Positions 34,311 through 42,607 of a stretch of 64,000 bases of DNA are shown here, piece by piece. A model generated the notes under the pieces. The model saw only the letters and a program-made list of their open reading frames with translations. It made no database searches and had not been told where the DNA came from. A program made the translations under genes and the position numbers. Each line of letters opens with the position of its first letter. Position 1 is the first letter of the stretch. Source of the DNA: an uncultured Acidimicrobiales bacterium (lineage in GTDB: Bacteria; Actinomycetota; Acidimicrobiia; Acidimicrobiales; CADCTF01); NCBI GenBank assembly GCA_902805655.1, contig CADCTF010000059.1:3140-67139 (forward strand), read 5' to 3'.

Positions 34311-35348
34311 TCAGACCTCGTCGATCCAGGTGCGGATCTGCTCGACCGTCTTCACCGGATCGGGACCGGCCACGTTGAGGTTGAGCACGGTCACCCCCGC
34401 CTCCTTGTAGGCGGCCAGCCGCTCCTTGATGTGGCCCTCGGGTCCGATGAGCGAGGTGGCGTCGAGGAACTCCTGCGGCACTGCGGCGGCCGCCTCGTCC
34501 TTCTTGCCGCCGAGGAAGAGCTCCTGGATCTCCGCCGCCTCGGCCTCGAAGCCGTAGCGCTGGAAGACGTTGTTGTAGAAGTTCTGGGTGCGGGCTCCCA
34601 TGCCGCCGACGTACAGGGCGATGTTGGGCCGAGCGCGGTCGCGCAGGTGCTCGAGACCCTCACCGATGGCGACGGTCGCGCCGGCCACGATGTTCAGGGG
34701 ACCCATGTCGCCGGCCCGCTTCTTCTCGCCCTTGGCCAGGGAGTCGCCCCACACGTCGCGGGCCTTGTCGGGCCAGTACAGCGTCGGGATCCACCCGTCG
34801 GCCACCTCGGCGGTCATCTCCACGTTCTTGGGACCCAGCGACGCCACGTAGATCGGGATGTTGTCCCGGAACGGGTGGGTGATCATCTTGAGGGGCTTGC
34901 CGAGGCCGGTGCCCTGCTCGGGGGGCAGCGGCAGGTCGTAGTGCGCGCTGTGGTGCTCGACCACCTCGCGGCGCCACACCTTGCGGCAGATCTCGATGAT
35001 CTCCCGGGTGCGGGCCAGCGGTGCGTCGTAGGGGACGCCGTGCCAGCCCTCGATCACCTGCGGTCCGGAGGCCCCCAGCCCGAGGATGCAGCGACCCTCG
35101 GACAGCAGGTCGATGCCCGCCGCGGTCTGCGCGAGCAAGGTCGGGGTGCGGCTGTAGAGCGGCAGGATCGACGAGCCGATCTGCACCTTCTCGGTGACGG
35201 CGGCGAGGTAGCCCATGAGCGACACGCCGTCGACCCCGTAGAGCTCCGCCACCCAGACGTGCTCGATGCCGGCCCGCTCCAGATCCTGCAGGCGCGCCGC
35301 CGCCGCCTTCATCCCGCCGGCGTAGCCGATGCCCGTGCCGAGTCGCAT
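34311..35348 (-). CDS. LLM-class (luciferase-like) F420-dependent oxidoreductase
   Basis: MRLGTGIGYAGG...AGIEHVWVAELYGVDGVSLMGYLAAVTEKVQIGSSILPLYSRTPTLLAQTAAGIDLLSEGRCILGLGASGPQVIEGWHGVPY. ATG 35348 is preferred over the TTG at 35360. Confidence 0.85.
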   Translation of the reverse strand: MRLGTGIGYAGGMKAAAARLQDLERAGIEHVWVAELYGVDGVSLMGYLAAVTEKVQIGSSILPLYSRTPTLLAQTAAGIDLLSEGRCILGLGASGPQVIEGWHGVPYDAPLARTREIIEICRKVWRREVVEHHSAHYDLPLPPEQGTGLGKPLKMITHPFRDNIPIYVASLGPKNVEMTAEVADGWIPTLYWPDKARDVWGDSLAKGEKKRAGDMGPLNIVAGATVAIGEGLEHLRDRARPNIALYVGGMGARTQNFYNNVFQRYGFEAEAAEIQELFLGGKKDEAAAAVPQEFLDATSLIGPEGHIKERLAAYKEAGVTVLNLNVAGPDPVKTVEQIRTWIDEV

Positions 35349-35363
35349 GTTGCCCCCCAAATG

Positions 35364-35379
35364 TTGACCGATCGGTCAA
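35364..35379. promoter_or_regulatory. Perfect 16-bp palindrome TTGACCGATCGGTCAA in a divergent promoter region (candidate operator)
   Basis: It sits in the 45-bp gap between the LLM oxidoreductase start (35348, minus) and the MBL hydrolase start (35394, plus). Confidence 0.5.
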
Positions 35380-35393
35380 GTATCCTCCCGCCG

Positions 35394-36551
35394 ATGCCAG
35401 GGGGACGCAAGCAGAAGCAGGAGCAGGAAGAGGCCGCCGTCGAGGTGACCGAGGTCGGCCCGGGGGTGTTGCGCCTGCAGCTGCCCATCTCCATGCCGGG
35501 CCTCGGCCACGTCAACACCTACGCCATCGAAGACGAGCGTGGCGTCACCATCGTCGACCCCGGCCTCCCCGGCCCGGCCTCCTGGAAGGCCCTGCAGGAG
35601 CGCATGGCGACGGCGGGCCTCAAGCTGCCCGATGTGCACACGGTGATCGTCACCCACTCCCACCCCGACCACTTCGGTGGTGTCGGCCGCCTGGTGGAGG
35701 AGACCGGCGCGGATGTCGTGGCCCACTCCGCCTTCATGAGCTGGATGCAGCCCCACTCGCACGCCGATGCCGGCTCCGACGACGGTGACGACCACATCCA
35801 CGACGTCGACCCGGCGGACCTGCCACCCCGCCGCTCGCCGTCGGATGCGGGCCCGGCCGGACCGTGGGGCGGGGGCGGGAAGAACCCGTGGGGCGGGTCA
35901 CCGATGCGGCCACCGCTCAAGCGACGCATGCAGATGCGGGTGATGCGGGCCCGCATGGGCATCAAGGGCGGCGCCAAGGGGCCCGGTGGACGCATGGCCG
36001 GCTACATGCCGCCGGCGCCCACCCGCAAGCTCAAGCACGGTGACGTGATCAAGCTCGGGCGCCGCGAGTGGTTCGCGGTGCACACGCCCGGCCACACCCT
36101 CGACCACCTCTGCCTGCACGACCCCGAAGGGGGTGTGCTGCTGTCGGGCGACCACGTGCTGCCGACCATCACGCCCCACATCGGCGGGCTCAACTCCGGC
36201 CGCGACCCGCTCGGCATGTTCTTCGACTCCCTCGACCGGGTGGCCGGCCTGGAGGGCGTGCAGCGCGTGCTGCCGGCCCACGGCCATCCCTTCGATGACG
36301 TCGTGGCCCGCACGACAGCCATCAAGGACCACCACCACGAGCGGCTCCGCCACCTGCAGAACGTCGCGCAGGAGCAGGGGGGCCCGATCTCGGTGGTCGA
36401 GTTCTCCCATCACCTGTTCCGCAAGGCGCGGTGGGGCGGCATGGCCGAGAGCGAGACCTACGCCCACCTCGAGCACCTCCGGCTGGCCGGCAAGGCCGAG
36501 CGCCGGGAAGAGGGCGGCGAGCTGCTCTACGAGCTCGACCTGACCGAGTAG
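35394..36551 (+). CDS. MBL-fold metallo-hydrolase
   Basis: VNTYAIEDERGVTIVDPG ... VIVTHSHPDHFGG (HxHxDH motif) ... HTPGHTLDH ... VLPAHG. The upstream part of the 770-aa track ORF is antisense to the LLM gene and is discarded. Confidence 0.8.
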   Translation: MPGGRKQKQEQEEAAVEVTEVGPGVLRLQLPISMPGLGHVNTYAIEDERGVTIVDPGLPGPASWKALQERMATAGLKLPDVHTVIVTHSHPDHFGGVGRLVEETGADVVAHSAFMSWMQPHSHADAGSDDGDDHIHDVDPADLPPRRSPSDAGPAGPWGGGGKNPWGGSPMRPPLKRRMQMRVMRARMGIKGGAKGPGGRMAGYMPPAPTRKLKHGDVIKLGRREWFAVHTPGHTLDHLCLHDPEGGVLLSGDHVLPTITPHIGGLNSGRDPLGMFFDSLDRVAGLEGVQRVLPAHGHPFDDVVARTTAIKDHHHERLRHLQNVAQEQGGPISVVEFSHHLFRKARWGGMAESETYAHLEHLRLAGKAERREEGGELLYELDLTE

Positions 36552-36592
36552 CGGCCCGCCCGTAGCGATCGCGGTCCGGGTAGGGTCCGCGC

Positions 36593-37633
36593 ATGGACCA
36601 CCGCACCCTCGGCCGCACCGGCATCAAGGTCAGCCCGTTCTGCCTCGGCGCCATGATGTTCGGCGCCATGGGCAACAAGGACCACGACGACTCGATCGCC
36701 GTGATCCACCGGGCGCTCGACGCCGGCATCAACTTCATCGACACCGCGGACGTGTACTCGGCGGGTGAGTCCGAGGAGATCGTCGGCAAGGCGCTCAAGG
36801 GCCGTCGGGACGACGTCGTCCTCGCCACCAAGTTCCACGGGAGCATGGGGAAGGACCCGAACGCCAAGGGCAACTCGCGCCGGTGGATCGCACGAGAGGT
36901 CGAGAACAGCCTGCGCCGTCTGCAGACCGACTACATCGACCTGTACCAGGTGCACCGGCCCGACCCGGCCACCGACATCGACGAGACGCTGGGAGCCCTC
37001 TCCGACCTCGTGCACCAGGGCAAGATCCGCGTCCTCGGCTCGTCCACCTTCCCGGCCCACGAGATCGTCGAGGCCCAGTGGGTCGCCGAGCGCCGCAGCC
37101 GCGAGCGGTTCCTGTGCGAGCAGCCCCCGTACTCCATCTTCGTCCGTCGCATCGAGGCCGACGTCCTCCCCGTGTGCCAGAAGTACGGCATGGGCGTGAT
37201 CCCCTGGAGCCCGCTGGCCGGCGGCTGGCTGGCCGGCAAGTACCGCCGTGGCACGGAGATGCCGACCACGGGCCGCGCCGCTCGCATGCCCGCCCGGTAC
37301 GACTACGACCGCCCCGAGAACCAGCGCAAGCTCGACGCGCTCGAGGCGCTCGACAAGGTGGCCTCCGATGCCGGCATGCCGCTCATCCACCTGGCTCTGG
37401 CCTTCGTCACCAGCCACCCGGCGGTCAGCGCGGCGATCATCGGCCCCCGCACCCTCGAGCAGCTGGAGGGCCAGCTCGGCGCCATGGAGCTGACCCTCGA
37501 CGACGAGACCCTCGACCGCATCGACGAGATCGTGCCGCCCGGCACCAACCTCAACGCCGCCGACGGTGGCTACCAGCCCCCGTCGCTGACCTCGGCCTGG
37601 CGCCGGCGCCGTGGCGCCCGCGCCGCCGGATAG
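36593..37633 (+). CDS. Aldo/keto reductase
   Basis: LGRTGIKVSPFCLGAMMFG...ALDAGINFIDTADVYSAGESEEIVGKAL...IDLYQVHRPD...GSSTF. Confidence 0.9.
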   Translation: MDHRTLGRTGIKVSPFCLGAMMFGAMGNKDHDDSIAVIHRALDAGINFIDTADVYSAGESEEIVGKALKGRRDDVVLATKFHGSMGKDPNAKGNSRRWIAREVENSLRRLQTDYIDLYQVHRPDPATDIDETLGALSDLVHQGKIRVLGSSTFPAHEIVEAQWVAERRSRERFLCEQPPYSIFVRRIEADVLPVCQKYGMGVIPWSPLAGGWLAGKYRRGTEMPTTGRAARMPARYDYDRPENQRKLDALEALDKVASDAGMPLIHLALAFVTSHPAVSAAIIGPRTLEQLEGQLGAMELTLDDETLDRIDEIVPPGTNLNAADGGYQPPSLTSAWRRRRGARAAG

Positions 37634-37642
37634 GAGCACACC

Positions 37643-38035
37643 ATGCCGATCGAACCCACCATCCTCGAACTGGCGAAGGGCGCCAACTTCGCGGCCTTCA
37701 CCACCATGCTCCCCAGCGGGCTGCCCATGACCCACGTCATGTGGGTCGATGCCGACGACGAGCACGTGCTGATCAACACCGAGATCGGGCGCCAGAAGCA
37801 CACCAACGCGACCAAGAACCCGAAGGTCGCCGTCACCATCATCGACAAGGCCAACCCGTACCACTACGCCGAGGTGCGGGGCGAGGTGGTCGAGATGGTC
37901 ACCGGCCCAGAGGCCCGCACGAACATCGACGAGATCTCGCAGAAGTACACCGGGAACCCGTATCCGCCGGAGAACATCAAGACCGAGCGGGTGCTCCTCC
38001 GGATCCGACCCGACCGCCAGCGCGTCTGGGGCTAG
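37643..38035 (+). CDS. PPOX-class (pyridoxamine 5'-phosphate oxidase-like) probable F420-dependent enzyme
   Basis: ANFAAFTTMLPSGLPMTHVMWVDADDEHVLINTEIGRQKHTNATKNPKVAVTIID..NPYHYAEVRGEV is the typical split-barrel pattern. Confidence 0.75.
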   Translation: MPIEPTILELAKGANFAAFTTMLPSGLPMTHVMWVDADDEHVLINTEIGRQKHTNATKNPKVAVTIIDKANPYHYAEVRGEVVEMVTGPEARTNIDEISQKYTGNPYPPENIKTERVLLRIRPDRQRVWG

Positions 38036-38682
38036 GGCGCGGCCGCCAGCCCGCGGTTCGCTTCGTCCCACGCGTCCGCGCACGAGTCGGAGCAGAAGGG
38101 CACCGAGGCACCGTCGGCGCCGACCCTTCGCACCACGACGCCGTCCACGGGCAGCTCCATGCGGCACACGGGGTCGACCACCCCTCCTCCGTGTTCCCGC
38201 CGGCTCAGCCGCACGACAGGCACGGGCCGACCGAACCCCCGCACGATCACCGGCCCGAACGGCTCGGCCGAGGCCCATGCTGGAAGCGCCGACTGCAGCT
38301 CGGGCGTGGCGAGCACCTGGTTCGGAGGCGCCAGGTCGCACAGGCGTGCGGCCAGGTTGACGTGGGAACCGATGTAGTCGTCGCCCTCGAACAGCAGCAC
38401 CCGACCCTCGGTCATCCCTGCCCGCAGACAGAGGGGCGACGTCGCGTCGACCTTCTCTTCCATCTCGAGCACGGCGGCGACGAGCGGATTTGGCTCCACC
38501 GCCACGAACATGGCCCCGTCACCGAGCCACTTGGCCACGCGGACCCCTCGGCGGGACGAGACGTCCCGCACCGCGGCCCGGAAGTCGGCCAGCACGCCAC
38601 CCGACAGCTCGTCACCGTGGAGATCGGTGAAGGCGGTGAAGCCCGAGAGATCGACGAAGGCGAAGGAGCGAAGGACGCGCAT
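38032..38682 (-). CDS. Class III adenylate/guanylate cyclase-like domain fused to a C-terminal YHS/TRASH-type metal-binding motif
   Basis: FAFVDLSGFTAFTDLHGDE...KWLGDGAMFV...IGSHVNLAARLCDLA is the cyclase catalytic core pattern. C-terminus is DPVCRMELP...FCSDSCADAW. Confidence 0.7.
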   Translation of the reverse strand: MRVLRSFAFVDLSGFTAFTDLHGDELSGGVLADFRAAVRDVSSRRGVRVAKWLGDGAMFVAVEPNPLVAAVLEMEEKVDATSPLCLRAGMTEGRVLLFEGDDYIGSHVNLAARLCDLAPPNQVLATPELQSALPAWASAEPFGPVIVRGFGRPVPVVRLSRREHGGGVVDPVCRMELPVDGVVVRRVGADGASVPFCSDSCADAWDEANRGLAAAP

Positions 38683-38707
38683 AGGGACGCCCGACAGTCT
38701 CGCAGGC

Positions 38708-39226
38708 TCAGCGCGGCCCCTGCTCTCTGAGGTTCTCGACGGCCCGCAGCGCGTCTCGCAGCCCGGCGATCCAGTCCTCCTGGTGCTTGGCGACCAGCTT
38801 CACGCACCACGAGAGCGCGTCGCTCCGACTGCGGGCCACCCCGGCATCCACGAGCGTGTCGAGCACCCGGCGCTCAGGCTGGCGCAACCGCGTCATCACC
38901 GGCACCGCGATGTGGGTGAACAGCACCCGCTCGTCCGCCATTGTCACTCCCCAGGCCACCTTGCGGCCGAAGCGGTGCTCGGCCTCGCGGGCCACCGCCA
39001 CCCGCCCGGCCCGGGTCTCCTCCCGGAAGCGGGCGACTCGTGCGGCCCGACCTGCGGCCACCACCGCATCATCGGCGCCGTCCTGCACCTCCACGTCGGG
39101 GATCCGGCCGACGACCACGATCTCCTCACGGTCCACGTCCACCACGGGTGCCCCCTCGTACCAGTCGCCGGGCAGCCGCTCCACCATCCACGCTCGGATG
39201 ACGTCCTGATCGTTCGCTGTTGTCAT
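38708..39226 (-). CDS. Hypothetical protein with possible C-terminal ribbon-helix-helix-like segment
   Basis: The coding frame is clear by codon bias. The C-terminal VMTRLRQPERRVLDTLVDAGVARSRSDALSWCVKLV resembles an RHH strand-helix-helix. The family was not recognised. Confidence 0.45.
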   Translation of the reverse strand: MTTANDQDVIRAWMVERLPGDWYEGAPVVDVDREEIVVVGRIPDVEVQDGADDAVVAAGRAARVARFREETRAGRVAVAREAEHRFGRKVAWGVTMADERVLFTHIAVPVMTRLRQPERRVLDTLVDAGVARSRSDALSWCVKLVAKHQEDWIAGLRDALRAVENLREQGPR

Positions 39227-39250
39227 GCTTACATCATTACATAGTTACGC

Positions 39251-39262
39251 CGCTCGAGCGGT
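39251..39262. promoter_or_regulatory. 12-bp palindrome CCGCTCGAGCGG in a relatively AT-rich divergent intergenic region
   Basis: It lies between the RHH-like gene (minus, start 39226) and the His-rich protein gene (plus, start 39298). Confidence 0.3.
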
Positions 39263-39297
39263 GGCGTTCTTTGGCAGCGGCGGGTAAGAGTCGAGGC

Positions 39298-39669
39298 ATG
39301 GCCGACCATCTCGCGCAGGATCACTGGGACGAGCACACCCACCCGGCGATCGTCCACTCCCACGAGCACTTCCACGTCACCCACAACCACAACCACCTCA
39401 CCGGTGGGTTCGACCACCTGAGCTCGGCCCACGAGCACGAGCACGACCACTCCACCGTGCAGCACCGGCATCACCCGCATGAGAGCTTCGAGCACGAGCA
39501 CCTCGGAGAGGCACACGTCCACGACCACCGCGAGCCGGTGGAGGGCTCCTCCGCTTCAGCCGAGGAGGCCGCCGGACGCCGGGCTCCGAAGGCGGCGAAG
39601 TCGGCGAAGGCCACCGTGAAGAAGGCGGTCAAGAAGGCGGTCAAGGCCTCACCGACCGGCGGCGCATAG
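39298..39669 (+). CDS. Histidine-rich protein with Lys/Ala-rich basic tail
   Basis: HSHEHFHVTHNHNHL...SAHEHEHDHSTVQHRHHPHESFEHEHLGEAHVHDH followed by KAAKSAKATVKKAVKKAVKA. Confidence 0.6.
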   Translation: MADHLAQDHWDEHTHPAIVHSHEHFHVTHNHNHLTGGFDHLSSAHEHEHDHSTVQHRHHPHESFEHEHLGEAHVHDHREPVEGSSASAEEAAGRRAPKAAKSAKATVKKAVKKAVKASPTGGA

Positions 39670-39735
39670 CGCAGCGCGGACGGTCCGGGGGCGTTCCGGC
39701 TGGTGCTGCCGGCCAAAGGTGTCAAGACTCGGCTC

Positions 39736-41097
39736 ATGCACCAGGCCGTTCGCGCCGATGGTAGAGGGGTGACCTTCTGCCGGCGCGCCTTCGCGCTGAC
39801 GGCCGCGCTGATGCTGAGCGGCCTCGTCGCTCTCAGCCCGGCCGGTGCTGCAGACGCCCCGACACCGGCCCCCCCGCCGGCGACATCCGGCGCGCCTCCG
39901 CCCGCAGAGCCGGCAGCGCCTGTCGTGCCCGCACCGCCGCCGGTCGCCCCGCCGGGGGCCAACGAAGCCGGGCGCCGAGAGGCTGCTGCACGCGTGCGAG
40001 GGCTCGAGGAAGCAGTGCGCACCGCCGAACGCCAGGAGACCATCGCCATCGACCGGGTCCGGCTCTCGGAGATCCGCCTGGGCGAAGCCCGCGCCCGGGT
40101 CGAGGAGGTCACCGGAGCCCAGCTGCTGGCCGCACAGGAGCTGGCTGCAGCCCGGAGCCGCATGCGGAGCCTGGCCGTGGCCAGCTACGTGCGCGGCGGT
40201 AGCGGCACCTCCATCGCCTACGTGCTCGAGGCCAAGGACCCGGTCGAGATGATCCGCCGCAACGCCTTGATCGACTCCGCAGCCGTCGTGCACCACAACA
40301 CCGCAACCGTCTACGAGCTGGCCAAGGCGGCGGCGTCGCGAGAGCTGGTCGAGGCGATCGCAGCGGTCGACCGGCAGACCTCCGTCCACGCTCAGGCGCA
40401 AGCCGAGGTCGAGGTGCTCGCCGTCATCTCGGCCGAGCATCGCTTTGCCCTCGACTACGGCCGGCAGCTGCTCGACCTGGTGACCGCGGCGGCGCCCGTG
40501 GCTCCGAGCGACATCCCTCGGCTCTACCTCGACGCGTACCGCCAGGCCGCGTCGACGCTGGCCAAGCGGATGCCGGCCTGCCGGGTGCGCTGGTCCGCCG
40601 TCGCCGCCATCGGCAAGATCGAGTCCAACCACGGTCGCTATCGCGGCACGCAGCTGGCGCTGAACGGGGATGCGTACCCCCGCATCATCGGCATCCCGCT
40701 CGACGGCACCAACAACACCCGCGCCATCCCGGACTCGGATCTCGGGCGCCTCGACGGCGACGACGTGTGGGATCGGGCCGTGGGACCGATGCAGTTCATC
40801 CCCACCACCTGGCAGCGCCTGGCCCAGGACGGCAACGGCGACGGCGTCCTCGACCCCAACAACGCCTACGACGCCACGCTCGCCACCGCCACCTACCTGT
40901 GCCGGTCGAACCCGGCTGGGGGTCTCGACACCGATGAGGGGCTCCGACCGAGCTTCTTCGCGTACAACCGCTCGGAGACCTACGTCGAGAACGTCCTGGC
41001 GTGGACGTCGATCTACGCAGCCATGGACGCCGAGCTACCCCAGCCGCCCTCTCCCCCTCCCCCTCCCCCGCCGACGCCGCCGGCGAGACGGCGTTGA
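39736..41097 (+). CDS. Secreted lytic transglycosylase-domain protein with N-terminal coiled-coil region
   Basis: Signal peptide AFALTAALMLSGLVALSPAGA. C-terminus AAIGKIESNHGRY...VGPMQFIPTTWQRLAQDGNGDGVLDPNNAYDATLATATYLC (SLT/MltB-like catalytic Glu-Ser motif). Pro-rich tail. Confidence 0.75.
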   Translation: MHQAVRADGRGVTFCRRAFALTAALMLSGLVALSPAGAADAPTPAPPPATSGAPPPAEPAAPVVPAPPPVAPPGANEAGRREAAARVRGLEEAVRTAERQETIAIDRVRLSEIRLGEARARVEEVTGAQLLAAQELAAARSRMRSLAVASYVRGGSGTSIAYVLEAKDPVEMIRRNALIDSAAVVHHNTATVYELAKAAASRELVEAIAAVDRQTSVHAQAQAEVEVLAVISAEHRFALDYGRQLLDLVTAAAPVAPSDIPRLYLDAYRQAASTLAKRMPACRVRWSAVAAIGKIESNHGRYRGTQLALNGDAYPRIIGIPLDGTNNTRAIPDSDLGRLDGDDVWDRAVGPMQFIPTTWQRLAQDGNGDGVLDPNNAYDATLATATYLCRSNPAGGLDTDEGLRPSFFAYNRSETYVENVLAWTSIYAAMDAELPQPPSPPPPPPPTPPARRR

Positions 41098-41119
41098 GCG
41101 CCTCGCCGAACCTCAAGGC

Positions 41120-41413
41120 CTAGACCGGACGTCCCGTCGAGCGCGGCGGTGACACACGGTCGCCCCGCACGGGCACGCCCTCGGCGGCCAGGCGACGGGC
41201 CTGCTCGGCTTCCTTGCCGGTGGCCAAGCGCCCGGAAGCCTGCACCACCCGCCACCACGGCAGGCCGGTGCTCGCCGCCAGCGTCGCCCCGACGGCACGC
41301 GCCGCACCGGGACGCCCGGCCAAGGCCGCCACCTGGCCGTAGGTCAACACGTCACCCGGGTTCGTGGCGAGGATCACCTCGTGCACCTTGGCTGCGAACT
41401 CGGTGCCGGGCAC
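41120..41413 (-). CDS. MGMT-family DNA-binding protein of the alkyltransferase-like (ATL) type
   Basis: VLTYGQVAALAGRPGAARAVGATLA...LPWWRVV. The canonical PCHRV active-site Cys position is occupied by Trp. Confidence 0.7.
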   Translation of the reverse strand: MPGTEFAAKVHEVILATNPGDVLTYGQVAALAGRPGAARAVGATLAASTGLPWWRVVQASGRLATGKEAEQARRLAAEGVPVRGDRVSPPRSTGRPV

Positions 41414-41494
41414 CGGCCGAGCGTAGGAGAACGGCGCAGACGCGACTCGAGGGCACGGCGGAAGCCGTGCCCTCGAGATCGACGAGCTGTGGGG

Positions 41495-42511
41495 TCAGAC
41501 GGACAGCAGCTCGCGGGCTCCCGTGTCGGCCGACGGATGGCGGAGCTTCGACATGGCCCGGGCTTCGATCTGACGGATGCGCTCGCGGGTCAGGTTGAAG
41601 CTCTCACCCACCTCGTCGAGCGTGCGGGGCTCGCCCCGGTCCAGGCCGAACCGGAGCCTCAGGATCTCCCGCTCCCTCTCGGCGAGCGGCGCCAGCAGGC
41701 GCTCGAGCTCGGCCGGCAGCAGCGCCTCGGCGGCGGCGTCGAACGGAGAGACCGCCGAGCGGTCCTCCACGATGTCGCCCAGCTCGGCATCGCCGTCGTC
41801 ACGAAGCGGATCGGACAGCGAGGCGGTGTCGGAGGCGTACCGGAAGATCTCAGCTACCTGACGCTCGGGGATGTCGAGCTCGACGGCCAGCTCACCGAGC
41901 GTCGGGCGACGGCCGAACTGCAGCTCGAGGTGCACCCGCGCCTTCTTGAGCCGCGACAGCATGTCGCCGGCGTGCACTGGGAGGCGGATGGTGCGACCGG
42001 TGTTGGCGATGCCCCGGGTGATGGCCTGGCGGATCCACCAGGTCGCATAGGTCGAGAACTTGAAGCCCTTGCGGTAGTCGAACTTCTCCACGGCGTGGAT
42101 GAGCCCGAGGTTGCCCTCCTGCACCAGGTCGAGAAGCGGGAGCTCGGACGCCTGGTACTTCTTGGCGATCGACACGACGAGGCGGAGGTTGGCCTTGATG
42201 AAGGTCTGCGTGGCCTCTTCGCCCTCGCGGATCTCGTTGCGCAGCTGGCGCTTCCTGGCCGCCGTCAGGCCCTTGCCGTCACCCATCTCTTCGCGGGCTG
42301 CCGCCGCCCGCTCGATGGACTGGCCGAGGCGAGCCTCGTCATCCTTCGTGAGCAGGTGGTGCTTGCCGATGTCGTTGAGATAGAGGCGGACGAGGTCTTC
42401 CTCTTCCCGCTCTGGTCGCTGCTTGGGCACTCGGTACCTCGTGGGTCTCGGTGATGAGCTGGAGTCGCCGGCGGCTGAAGCCACCCGGGCGAGATGGTCG
42501 GGAGGTGTCAT
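41495..42511 (-). CDS. RNA polymerase sigma-70 family factor (group 1/2 type)
   Basis: DLVRLYLNDIGKHHLLTKDDE, regions 2.x GNLGLIHAVEKFDYRKGFKFSTYATWWIRQAITR, region 4 LDEVGESFNLTRERIRQIEARAMSKLRHP. Start ATG 42511 (MTPPDH). Confidence 0.9.
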   Translation of the reverse strand: MTPPDHLARVASAAGDSSSSPRPTRYRVPKQRPEREEEDLVRLYLNDIGKHHLLTKDDEARLGQSIERAAAAREEMGDGKGLTAARKRQLRNEIREGEEATQTFIKANLRLVVSIAKKYQASELPLLDLVQEGNLGLIHAVEKFDYRKGFKFSTYATWWIRQAITRGIANTGRTIRLPVHAGDMLSRLKKARVHLELQFGRRPTLGELAVELDIPERQVAEIFRYASDTASLSDPLRDDGDAELGDIVEDRSAVSPFDAAAEALLPAELERLLAPLAEREREILRLRFGLDRGEPRTLDEVGESFNLTRERIRQIEARAMSKLRHPSADTGARELLSV

Positions 42512-42543
42512 GGTACGGCCATCGGGGGCACCTTGGCTACAAC

Positions 42544-42576
42544 CAATCGCGTCTCGGCGAGCGCACGAGGCGATTG
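42544..42576. promoter_or_regulatory. Imperfect hairpin / inverted repeat CAATCGC-GT-CTCG...CGAG-GCGATTG
   Basis: It lies in the 96-bp divergent gap between the sigma factor start (42511) and the ALDH start (42608). 11 bp pair, with a 2-nt bulge. Confidence 0.3.
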
Positions 42577-42607
42577 CACCCGACCCGGTGGGGGCAAGAC
42601 GGTTCGG

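Noticed and set aside
34239-35393. Upstream 385 codons of the 770-aa plus-strand ORF containing the MBL hydrolase
   Set aside because: This part is antisense to the LLM oxidoreductase gene, which has an unmistakable family signature. The MBL fold starts after ATG 35394.
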